Under the pieces are notes generated by a model. The model saw only the letters and a program-made list of their open reading frames with translations, was not told the DNA's origin and made no database searches. Position numbers and translations under genes: made by a program. From an uncultured Opitutales bacterium (GTDB taxonomy: Bacteria; Verrucomicrobiota; Verrucomicrobiia; Opitutales; UBA9783), in contig CAKUSQ010000003.1 in assembly GCA_934691225.1 (NCBI GenBank), positions 1-31,606 on the forward strand: a stretch of DNA of 31,606 bases, given 5' to 3'. Below, piece by piece: positions 8,819-16,984 of the stretch. How positions within the stretch are numbered: position 1 is the first letter of the stretch; each line of letters begins with the position of its first letter.

Positions 8819-9927
8819 TGATCAACTTACTTGTAATTGCCGGTGAACATTCAGGAGATAACCATGCTGCTTATTTCATCCGACAATTGAAAGAAAGGCA
8901 TCCGGATATGTCCATATGTGCGATTGGCGGACCCGCCATGGAAAAAGCAGGAGCCCATTTGATTTTCGATCTTACCCAATGGTCGGTTGTTGGACTAGCC
9001 GAAACATTAAAATATTATCATAAATTTAAAAAATTGATGGATTGGCTGGTAAAATGGATTCACATTTACCAACCACGAACAATCTGTTTGGTTGATTTCC
9101 CAGGATTTAACTTAAGACTAGCCAAACAACTTTACCTAGAAGGACTTAGCCTTAAAAGCGGCGGAAAAATTTGTGTGTGCCAATATATTTCGCCCCAAAT
9201 CTGGGCTTGGAAAGCGCAACGACGCTTTGATTTAAATAACTACATTGATCATTTAGGAACTATTTTCAAATTTGAAAAAGATTGTTTTAATGATACCACG
9301 CTTGATGTTCAATTTGTAGGACATCCGCTCATGCATACACCCAATCCTTTTTGTTACGATTGCCAAGGTCCTATTTTATTATTACCAGGAAGTCGAAAAT
9401 CAGCCGTTCAAAAAATATTTCCTGTGCTTCACAAAGCTTTTCAGGAACTTAAATCGATGCACCCTGAATTAAAAGCGGTTGTTCCCTATCCAAATTCTCA
9501 AATAGCCGACTATTTGAGACCATTTGCCAACGAAACTCTAAACATCTGCCCATTATCTGAGTTGCATGAAGGGGTTTGTTGCGCTATTGCATCTTCAGGA
9601 ACCGCATCCTTACAAGTAGCTTTGGCTGGTATCCCAGGTGTTATCACTTACAAAGCCAATCCACTTACATTTTGGTTGGGAAAACATCTTGTAAAAATTC
9701 CTTACTTAGCCATGTCTAATATACTTTTACAGAAAACTCTTTATCCTGAATGCCTTCAAGATTTACCGAATCAAACTTCTTCAATCGCTGTACATGTCGA
9801 AACTATACTTTCTTCGCTCGAAGAGTCGCGACAAAAATTCCTAGAAGGTGCTCAACAATTGCGTCAATTACTAACCCATACGCAAAATCAAAATGTAACG
9901 GATTGGATTGAAAAATACTGCTTATAG
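8818..9927 (+). CDS. lpxB: Lipid-A-disaccharide synthase
   Basis: N-terminal VIAGEHSGD, plus LLPGSRKSAV and SSGTASLQVALAG motifs typical of LpxB (GT19). Confidence 0.9.
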   Translation: MINLLVIAGEHSGDNHAAYFIRQLKERHPDMSICAIGGPAMEKAGAHLIFDLTQWSVVGLAETLKYYHKFKKLMDWLVKWIHIYQPRTICLVDFPGFNLRLAKQLYLEGLSLKSGGKICVCQYISPQIWAWKAQRRFDLNNYIDHLGTIFKFEKDCFNDTTLDVQFVGHPLMHTPNPFCYDCQGPILLLPGSRKSAVQKIFPVLHKAFQELKSMHPELKAVVPYPNSQIADYLRPFANETLNICPLSELHEGVCCAIASSGTASLQVALAGIPGVITYKANPLTFWLGKHLVKIPYLAMSNILLQKTLYPECLQDLPNQTSSIAVHVETILSSLEESRQKFLEGAQQLRQLLTHTQNQNVTDWIEKYCL

Positions 9928-10146
9928 TTTTAGTTCAATGCGTTTTATGGTACTATGTTCACCAGATACAATTCGAATATTCGTTTTAGCCGTTTTAAAG
10001 TAATTGGATAATACTTCGCGCAACTGATCGTTAGCCTTACCTTCCACAGCTGGCCGCGTCAGTTTTACTTTGTAATTATTTTCTGATTGCTGAATAACTT
10101 CACATCTAGAAGCCCTTGCAATTACTTTTACTTCAATTTGACGCAT
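9922..10146 (-). CDS. DUF167 (YggU-like) small protein
   Basis: 74 aa with the family pattern KVKLTRPAVEGKANDQLREVLSNYF...IRIVSGEHSTIKRIEL. Its start overlaps the ligA stop by 14 nt. Its stop overlaps the convergent lpxB stop (TTATAG). Confidence 0.8.
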   Translation of the reverse strand: MRQIEVKVIARASRCEVIQQSENNYKVKLTRPAVEGKANDQLREVLSNYFKTAKTNIRIVSGEHSTIKRIELKL

Positions 10147-12130
10147 TTTTTAAATACTGCAAAAATTCACCTTCGGACCAAACAGAAATATTTAAAGATT
10201 TAGCTTTTTTCAACTTATCTCCTGGATTATCCCCGGCAATAACCGCAAAAGTTTTTGAAGATACTACATCTGTCACTTTCCCACCTGCATTTTCAATCGC
10301 TTGTTTAGCCTCACTCCTACGCATATGCATTAACGTTCCTGTTAACACGAAAGATTTTCCGCTCCAAACTGTTTCAGGTATATTTGCTTCTACCGTTAAC
10401 ATCAAACCTTGGTCCAATAACAAGTTAATTATTTCACGATTAGAAGCATTGGCATAAAACGCTTTCAAAGATTGTGCTGCACAAGGACCTACCAAAGGAA
10501 CCGTCTGTAATACTTCTGAGGAAGCTTCAAAAATTTTCGAAATACTTCCAAATTTCTGTGACAAATTTTTCGCAGACTCAATACCTATATTAGGAATGCT
10601 CAGGCTGTATAAAAAGCGCCATAAAGGTCTTTGTTTAGCTGCATCAATTTCAGAAATCAACTGGTCAACTATCGTTTTTCCAAATCCACCTAAATGAATC
10701 CAAACATTTCGATGGTGCCACAAATTGAAAATATCCGCAAAATGTCGCAACCAACCTTGTTGCACCAATGCATCAATTATTTTTGGACCAAGTCCTGCAA
10801 TATCCATCGCATCTTTCGAAGCAAAATGAACCAATTTCAAACGTAATTGTTCTGGACAAACCAAAGATGTACAACGTATAGCCACTTCACCATCAATATG
10901 TATCAAAGGAGCTCCACAAGCAGGACACATTTTTGGCAATGCAATAGGTTCTACACATTTTCGACGTTCTTTGTTAACAGCGATAATAGCGGGTATTACC
11001 TCACCCGCTTTTTGTAAAACAACCCAATCACCTATTTGTATATCCTTGCGCTTGATTTCATCAAAATTGTGCAAAGTTGCCCGTGAAATTTTTGAACCCG
11101 CTAGCGTTACAGGAAACAGTTCTGCCACTGGTGTAACCACACCCGTTCTACCTACCTGAAAACAAACAGCTTTCAATTGTGTTTCTACCGATTCAGGTTC
11201 AAATTTGTAAGCAATAGCCCAACGAGGAAATTTTGCTGTAGCACCTAATTGATTTTGTAAATTACGGTCGTTCAACTTCAAAACAACACCATCGGTTTTA
11301 TAAGGTAATTCAGCAGCTATTTTAGGAAAATTCTCAATAAATTTCCAAACTTCTTCTATAGTATCAGCTTTATCAATAGAATCAAACACAGGGAAATTAT
11401 TATCTATTAACCATTGACGACAATGCTCCTGAGAGTCCCACATACCTGAACCAATTCCATGGGCAATAAAACGCAATCGTCTACGTTTAACTTCAGCAAC
11501 ATCTAACAATTTCACGCTTCCAGAAGCCAAATTTCTTGCATTTGAAAAAGGTTCCAACCCCAATTTCTCTTGTTCTTCATTGATACCTGCGAAATCTTTT
11601 ATAGAAATGTAAACCTCTCCACGAACTTCCACGTTTTGAGGGCCTTCATTTAACCGCAGTGGGATAAATTCTATAGTTTTTATATTTTCAGTTACATCTT
11701 CCCCTACTGTTCCATCGCCTCGTGTTAATGCTCTCACAAAAACACCTGATTCGTAAACCAGATCAATGGCCATTCCATCCACTTTAGGTTCTAAAATATA
11801 AGTATGTAGTTTACCAATTTTTTCACTTAATCCCTGATCAAAATTAAATAATTCGTCCTTTGAATACGTATTTGCCAAACTTAACATAGGCGTCAAATGA
11901 GGAAACTCCTTGAACGGCGACGCTCCCAAATCACTTCCAGGACCATCATTGCTTGATAACATTGGAAACGTCTGATATATAGCAGCTACTTCTGCTTGCA
12001 AACAGTCGTACTCGAAATCCGAAATCTCAGGTGAATTTTCACGGTAGTAAAGACGATTATGCCGTTCAATTTCAGATAATAAAGCACGTAAACGTTTACG
12101 TGCTTTTTCGATGTCCTCAAATTTTTCCAT
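10133..12130 (-). CDS. ligA: NAD-dependent DNA ligase
   Basis: Adenylation motif EPKVDGMA, Cys4 zinc finger (CPACGAPL...CTSLVCPEQ), HhH region and C-terminal BRCT (GKSFVLTGTL...). ATG 12130 (MEKFEDIEKARKRL...) aligns with typical LigA N-termini. GTG 12196 would add 22 aa. Confidence 0.95.
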   Translation of the reverse strand: MEKFEDIEKARKRLRALLSEIERHNRLYYRENSPEISDFEYDCLQAEVAAIYQTFPMLSSNDGPGSDLGASPFKEFPHLTPMLSLANTYSKDELFNFDQGLSEKIGKLHTYILEPKVDGMAIDLVYESGVFVRALTRGDGTVGEDVTENIKTIEFIPLRLNEGPQNVEVRGEVYISIKDFAGINEEQEKLGLEPFSNARNLASGSVKLLDVAEVKRRRLRFIAHGIGSGMWDSQEHCRQWLIDNNFPVFDSIDKADTIEEVWKFIENFPKIAAELPYKTDGVVLKLNDRNLQNQLGATAKFPRWAIAYKFEPESVETQLKAVCFQVGRTGVVTPVAELFPVTLAGSKISRATLHNFDEIKRKDIQIGDWVVLQKAGEVIPAIIAVNKERRKCVEPIALPKMCPACGAPLIHIDGEVAIRCTSLVCPEQLRLKLVHFASKDAMDIAGLGPKIIDALVQQGWLRHFADIFNLWHHRNVWIHLGGFGKTIVDQLISEIDAAKQRPLWRFLYSLSIPNIGIESAKNLSQKFGSISKIFEASSEVLQTVPLVGPCAAQSLKAFYANASNREIINLLLDQGLMLTVEANIPETVWSGKSFVLTGTLMHMRRSEAKQAIENAGGKVTDVVSSKTFAVIAGDNPGDKLKKAKSLNISVWSEGEFLQYLKNASN

Positions 12131-12216
12131 GAATAATACTATTTCTTGTACTACAACATTTTCATTAAAGACACCTTTATTTTTATAATCAACCACAAAA
12201 TGGATGATTTCTTCAC

Positions 12217-13353
12217 TTAACGAATAATCTCATCATTGCTCTGACCTGGAAGGATAACTTGCATAAAAGCAACTCCTCTTTCTGATCCTATACTAATTTC
12301 ACCTCGCCATCGCTTGATAGTCTCTTCAATATCTGAATATTGTAACCCTAAATGGTTATCCTTTCCAATAATATCATGACGCTCAATGATTTTAGATAAA
12401 TTTTCTTGAGTAACACGCCCATTTGCGAGTTTAATTTTTATGATAACATTATTCAAATCATCAACTCTGGTCTCGATGCCAATGGAACATAAACTATTTG
12501 GTACAATTGTTTCAACGTAAATACCAATAAGTTCTGTAAATACACGTCCGAACGAAACAGGCTCTACACGTGCAATCACATCATCATCAAAATTCAAATT
12601 AAATTTTATGCCTAATTGTTTTTCCCGTTTTTTTACACAATTTTCTAGAATACTATTAATATTCTTCAACGCTAAATAATTATACTCTGTCGATATTCCA
12701 GGCACAATATTATCAATGATTTTTGATACCTCGGTGATGCTAGCAAACATTATTTTTCGCCTGCGGCTCGATAAATCTTTATCATCCTCTAACAACAATT
12801 TTAATGCTAATAAAGGTGTTGTGACATCATGCGAAATATTTTTAGCAACTCTGTAACGTTCTGCGACAACAGCTAAATCTTTTTCTAACAATAATGTCTG
12901 CATGCTAGATTTTATCAATAATGCAACAAACACAAAACCAATTAAATAGAAAATATGCCACCCATGAAATGCTTTTTCTAAAACAAATTCTTGTTTTCCC
13001 GTAAACATCATTAATAAAATTAAAGAAAGGAAAAGGATTCCTATAAAAATCACTGTATTTTTATGTTTGTCATCTGCGATTAAAACCATAATAAAAAGTG
13101 ATATAATTAAGGTTAAAAAATGAATGCCGTTTTCTGGAGAATTAAATAATAAGTAACATGAAGTTAACGGTAAGCAACATATTAATGTAAATAATCTGAA
13201 ATAAATAAAAAGTTTTTTATCTAAAAAAATTTCTAACGAAGATCCAAAAACAAGAAATACTGCCATTATTCCATTAAGAAAAATTAGGGCTATCTTAACC
13301 GTTGTGATAGCCCCTGAACCAAATGATAATGGACAAATTTGTAAAAAAACCAA
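12217..13353 (-). CDS. Five-TM histidine-kinase-like membrane protein: HisKA H-box present, HATPase catalytic boxes degenerate
   Basis: Five predicted TM helices within about residues 15-147, without large loops. A coiled linker leads into the H-box NISHDVTTPLLAL. The C-terminal domain has a kinase-like layout, but the N-box reads FTELIGIYVET and G1 reads KLANGRV. TTG start has AGGA 6 nt upstream. Confidence 0.7.
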   Translation of the reverse strand: MVFLQICPLSFGSGAITTVKIALIFLNGIMAVFLVFGSSLEIFLDKKLFIYFRLFTLICCLPLTSCYLLFNSPENGIHFLTLIISLFIMVLIADDKHKNTVIFIGILFLSLILLMMFTGKQEFVLEKAFHGWHIFYLIGFVFVALLIKSSMQTLLLEKDLAVVAERYRVAKNISHDVTTPLLALKLLLEDDKDLSSRRRKIMFASITEVSKIIDNIVPGISTEYNYLALKNINSILENCVKKREKQLGIKFNLNFDDDVIARVEPVSFGRVFTELIGIYVETIVPNSLCSIGIETRVDDLNNVIIKIKLANGRVTQENLSKIIERHDIIGKDNHLGLQYSDIEETIKRWRGEISIGSERGVAFMQVILPGQSNDEIIR

Positions 13354-13379
13354 ACAAAGTCCTAAGAAAATATTACTTC

Positions 13380-14837
13380 TTACTCGAAACGTTCTTTCAT
13401 CAAAGCTTTTTTTTTCTCCGGAACTTCGTTTTTCTGTATATCTAGCAGCTCTTCATCGGTAAAAACTTTCTTTTTACCACCTAAGAAATAAAAAGCAACT
13501 ACCATAACCAAATTAACAAAAAGCCCTGGAAATAAACCATCGATTTTTGTCAGCGGTTTGATCTGTGAATTCCATACTAAAATAGTTCCAAGACCAAAAA
13601 ATGCACTTAACACAAACCCTTTAAGGGAAATTTTTAAGTTAAACAATAAAAAGTACAAAGGTACCAAAATAACCGACAACCAAAGACTTTTACCGATAAC
13701 CTTAACTTCAAATATACTTGTACTGTAGCTTGCAAAAATAAGAGCACCTACACCTATAATCCATGAAGCCCAACGTGACATCCTTAATTTCATCTGATTA
13801 GAATACTCACATTTGGATAAAGGAACAATCACATCATTTACAAACATGATACTACCGCTATTTAACTGGGAATCAACTGTCGACATTAAAACAGCAATGA
13901 TACCTGCCACCACAAATCCATAGACACCTGTTGGCAAGTATTCTCCAACTAAAGCAACTAAAGCTTTGTCAGCCCTGCTTAACTCAGGTAATAAAACACG
14001 TGCGCACAATCCCAAGCTAACAGACATAATAACAATAGCAAAATATACTGCTACAACTTTATAACAAGCTCGCACACTTTGAGCACGACTGTTTGACATC
14101 AACAATCGTTGAACATAAATCGGCGAAAGTGTTGGCAACATAAACGGTAAAGCTAAAAACAAATAACGATGTAAAGTATCCCCTGAAATGGTTGAATGCG
14201 ATATAGGCAATTTAGCAAATAATTGAGAAAATCCACCTACTTTATTTAATACAATAACTAGCAACAAAGGAATAGCTATAATAAGTACCATAAACTGGAA
14301 AACATCCGTAAAACTAACTGCACGAACCCCTCCCTTACCGGTATAAACAAAAACAATACCTGCTGAAATTATTAAACAAAATATATATGACCAGTTTGTA
14401 AGCGTACTAAGTGCTGTTCCCATAGCCATAAGCTGAATTCCAGAACTGATTACTTCATACACGCAACCTGTCATACCTGCTAATATCTTTCCTGGCTTTC
14501 CATAGGCTTTATAAAACATGTCACCTAAAGAACAACAACCGTAATAATAACTAAAACGTTGGGCTAAAAACATAGCCATTAACAAAAGGGCAAAAGGAAC
14601 TCCCAATTGAACTACAACTTGAGCAACACCTACGGCATAAGTTTTCCCAACACATCCCATTGTTGATGTTCCACCAATACAACTTGCTGCTAATGTACAA
14701 AAAATAACAAAATCAGAAAATTTTCTATTTCCTATAGAATAATCTTCGAATGTTTTTATTTTTCTGCCGGACCACAGACCAATAATAAGCGTACTCACTA
14801 AAAATACACCTACAATAACTATATCTATATAAGACAT
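13380..14837 (-). CDS. Sodium:solute symporter (SSS/SLC5) family transporter, substrate unknown
   Basis: About 13 TM helices. N-terminus MSYIDIVIVGVFLVSTLIIGLWSGRK...YSIGNRKFS is typical of SSS proteins. ATG 14837 is favoured by promoter geometry; TTG 14858 is the ORF-track start. Confidence 0.85.
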   Translation of the reverse strand: MSYIDIVIVGVFLVSTLIIGLWSGRKIKTFEDYSIGNRKFSDFVIFCTLAASCIGGTSTMGCVGKTYAVGVAQVVVQLGVPFALLLMAMFLAQRFSYYYGCCSLGDMFYKAYGKPGKILAGMTGCVYEVISSGIQLMAMGTALSTLTNWSYIFCLIISAGIVFVYTGKGGVRAVSFTDVFQFMVLIIAIPLLLVIVLNKVGGFSQLFAKLPISHSTISGDTLHRYLFLALPFMLPTLSPIYVQRLLMSNSRAQSVRACYKVVAVYFAIVIMSVSLGLCARVLLPELSRADKALVALVGEYLPTGVYGFVVAGIIAVLMSTVDSQLNSGSIMFVNDVIVPLSKCEYSNQMKLRMSRWASWIIGVGALIFASYSTSIFEVKVIGKSLWLSVILVPLYFLLFNLKISLKGFVLSAFFGLGTILVWNSQIKPLTKIDGLFPGLFVNLVMVVAFYFLGGKKKVFTDEELLDIQKNEVPEKKKALMKERFE

Positions 14838-14845
14838 ATGCTTAC

Positions 14846-14874
14846 ATGTAAAAGTCAATCATAACAGCTGTCAA
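14846..14874 (-). promoter_or_regulatory. Candidate promoter of the SSS / kinase-like / ligA / DUF167 unit, leaderless geometry
   Basis: Minus strand: TTGACA (14874-14869), 17 nt, TTACAT (14851-14846), 8 nt, ATG 14837. Confidence 0.45.
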
Positions 14875-14910
14875 CAAAAATTTCGTTTAAAAAAATCTTT
14901 TATATAGGTA

Positions 14911-14937
14911 TAAAAAAAGGTGCCCGAAGGCACCTTA
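14911..14937 (-). terminator. Rho-independent terminator of NTT paralogue B
   Basis: Minus strand: AAGGTGCC-TTCG-GGCACCTT followed by a T run (GGCACC then 7 T), 18 nt after the NTT stop. It is the only GC-rich stem plus U-tract I found in the window. Confidence 0.8.
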
Positions 14938-14954
14938 AACTAACCAGAAAACGA

Positions 14955-16481
14955 TTATTTTTCACCAGCTTCTTTATTCGCAGCTTCAACACGTTTTCCA
15001 AGGGATTTTACAGACAAAATCCACAAAATACAAATCAACAAAAAGAATCCAAACAGATAAGGAACGATTTGATAATAGGTAGCTTTTGTTCCTATAATGC
15101 TGCTAACAGCCGAAAACAGTACAACTTGAATAAAAGCTCCACCAGATTTACCTAAACGACCACCTACAACATCAACAACCGCTTTACCTTTTACCTTCAT
15201 TTCTTCATCCAATGGAATATAAGCCATTTCTTTGGTTAAATCAAATAAGGCGTATTTCGTGGATTTTGAAGCAACAATGATAATTGCACCCAAAATAACA
15301 GCTACAGCCACTGGATTAGTACCTAAATCCATTAAAAATCCTGTTAATTCCTGCCGAAATACAATAAATGAAAAGAAAGATACACCACCGACTAAGAATA
15401 CCATAGGTGTAGACATAGCAGCAACCACCCAACGGCATACCCGCAAAATATTTCCGCCAACGATCAACATGACAATGGAAGCCAATCCTGTCCATATGGT
15501 GAAACGACTCATAAATGTGTTATAATCATTTTCATCCACATATTGCAATTTCAGCTGACTCTTCCATAAACCTTCAATCAAATTTACACTAATACCATAA
15601 CAGATAACCAACATAGCGATCAAACCTAAATATGGCGAAGTAAATATCGTCTTTAAACTTTGAACCAATCCGGCTTTTTTCTTACCTTTCTTAACACCTG
15701 GCAATTCAGGTTTATCGTAAAAACGTTTATCGGTCAGAACATTTTTATATATCCAACGGTAAATAACCATCGTAGCAACACCAAATACAACCACAATGCT
15801 CATTAACCAGTGCAACGAAACTTGCCATGGATCTTCTCCTGGAGCAATTTTATCTTTAACATTTGAAAAATAATCGCCAAAAACACCTGCTAACAACAAA
15901 GAAACCTGAGCCATCAATCCAAAGAAAGCATACATACGTTTTGCTTCAGAAACACGTGTAATTTGATTTGCAAACTGCCAAAATGACAAGGATACCAAAG
16001 CACTTCCCCATAACTCAGCTAAAACATAAAAAACAGCATAACTCCACACACCTAATAAAGCTAATGGCCAGTGCAATGAAGGGAATTGCGCCTGCAACGA
16101 AGCAATTGTTTCAACGGTTGGATGGAAAAATTCACGATTTGGATAAATAACAAATGCAAACAATCCAAAGAAAATAATAAATGGCGATAAAGTCGCATAA
16201 AACAAGTTTTCATTGCTTAAAATATTACTTGCCTTTGCGTACAATAACATAAAAATAATCGCCGATGGAGTTACACAGAATAACTTCAAGTAAGCGAGCG
16301 CTTCTGCCCCTGTATTTGTGACAATTAAGGAATCTTTTATGTTCCTCAAGCAGGTATAGTTGAATAATATGAAGAAAAAAATCATTCCCATAGGAATTGC
16401 TTTCTTCAATTCATACCTATGAATTGGGAAGAATATTCTTCGAAACTTTGAAAATTCCGGTTCTTTAGTTACTGTATTCAT
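14955..16481 (-). CDS. ntt: Nucleotide transporter, NTT/Tlc (ATP/ADP translocase) family, paralogue B
   Basis: 508 aa, about 12 TM helices. Motifs FFPIHRYELKK, LRNIKDSLIVT, WIYKNVLTDKRFYDKP and KEMAYIPLDEEMKVKGKAVVDV. Clearly paralogous to 1884..3383. Confidence 0.9.
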   Translation of the reverse strand: MNTVTKEPEFSKFRRIFFPIHRYELKKAIPMGMIFFFILFNYTCLRNIKDSLIVTNTGAEALAYLKLFCVTPSAIIFMLLYAKASNILSNENLFYATLSPFIIFFGLFAFVIYPNREFFHPTVETIASLQAQFPSLHWPLALLGVWSYAVFYVLAELWGSALVSLSFWQFANQITRVSEAKRMYAFFGLMAQVSLLLAGVFGDYFSNVKDKIAPGEDPWQVSLHWLMSIVVVFGVATMVIYRWIYKNVLTDKRFYDKPELPGVKKGKKKAGLVQSLKTIFTSPYLGLIAMLVICYGISVNLIEGLWKSQLKLQYVDENDYNTFMSRFTIWTGLASIVMLIVGGNILRVCRWVVAAMSTPMVFLVGGVSFFSFIVFRQELTGFLMDLGTNPVAVAVILGAIIIVASKSTKYALFDLTKEMAYIPLDEEMKVKGKAVVDVVGGRLGKSGGAFIQVVLFSAVSSIIGTKATYYQIVPYLFGFFLLICILWILSVKSLGKRVEAANKEAGEK

Positions 16482-16602
16482 AATATATTAATTTAATTTA
16501 TAAAAAAATAAACTACTATTAAGTATAATTCTTTCCTTTCTATTGCAAGCAGAAAATTCTTTTTATTTAAAAACACTTTTCTACATAGCTAAAATTTTTC
16601 TA

Positions 16603-16631
16603 TTTACTTTCAACCCAAAAAGCGATAAAAT
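16603..16631 (+). promoter_or_regulatory. Candidate promoter of the sctY-like/sctV pair, leaderless geometry
   Basis: TTTACT (16603-16608), 17 nt, TAAAAT (16626-16631), 8 nt, ATG 16640. No SD sequence. Confidence 0.4.
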
Positions 16632-16639
16632 TTAAAGAT

Positions 16640-16984
16640 ATGGATGGCTTTGACGAACAAACGACTGATTTTTTATACCTACTGGCATATCTATATATGC
16701 AACAGTCCAAATATGATGTAGCCCTTCAATTATTTCGCATTTTACGACTGCATGCACCTGAAAATCAAAAAACAGCCCTAGCTTTGGCTTCCTGCTTAAA
16801 CAAGGCAAAACGACCTGAAGAAGGGTTAAAAGTACTAAAATCTCTAGACGAACAAAAACTTTCATTTGATCAAAAAATTGCCTATTTTTATATCATGAGC
16901 AAAGTTCTTTGGGATCTAAAAGAAACCGATGCATCGCGAGAAACTTTACATAAATATTTAAAAATTCGCCAATTAAAGCAATGA
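16640..16984 (+). CDS. Small TPR-like type III secretion chaperone, YscY/Pcr4 (SctY)-like
   Basis: 114 aa, all-helical with a TPR-like pattern (DFLYLLAYLYMQQSKYDVALQLFRILRLHAPEN...). Stop overlaps the sctV ATG (ATGA). Size and position match YscY upstream of yscV. Similarity is judged from memory and not searched. Confidence 0.6.
   Translation: MDGFDEQTTDFLYLLAYLYMQQSKYDVALQLFRILRLHAPENQKTALALASCLNKAKRPEEGLKVLKSLDEQKLSFDQKIAYFYIMSKVLWDLKETDASRETLHKYLKIRQLKQ

Noticed and set aside
1884-16481. The two inverted NTT genes as ends of a composite mobile element or a recent segmental duplication.
   Set aside because: The copies are diverged paralogues (only short identical nucleotide runs). There are no terminal inverted repeats, transposase or integrase, and the enclosed genes are essential core genes.
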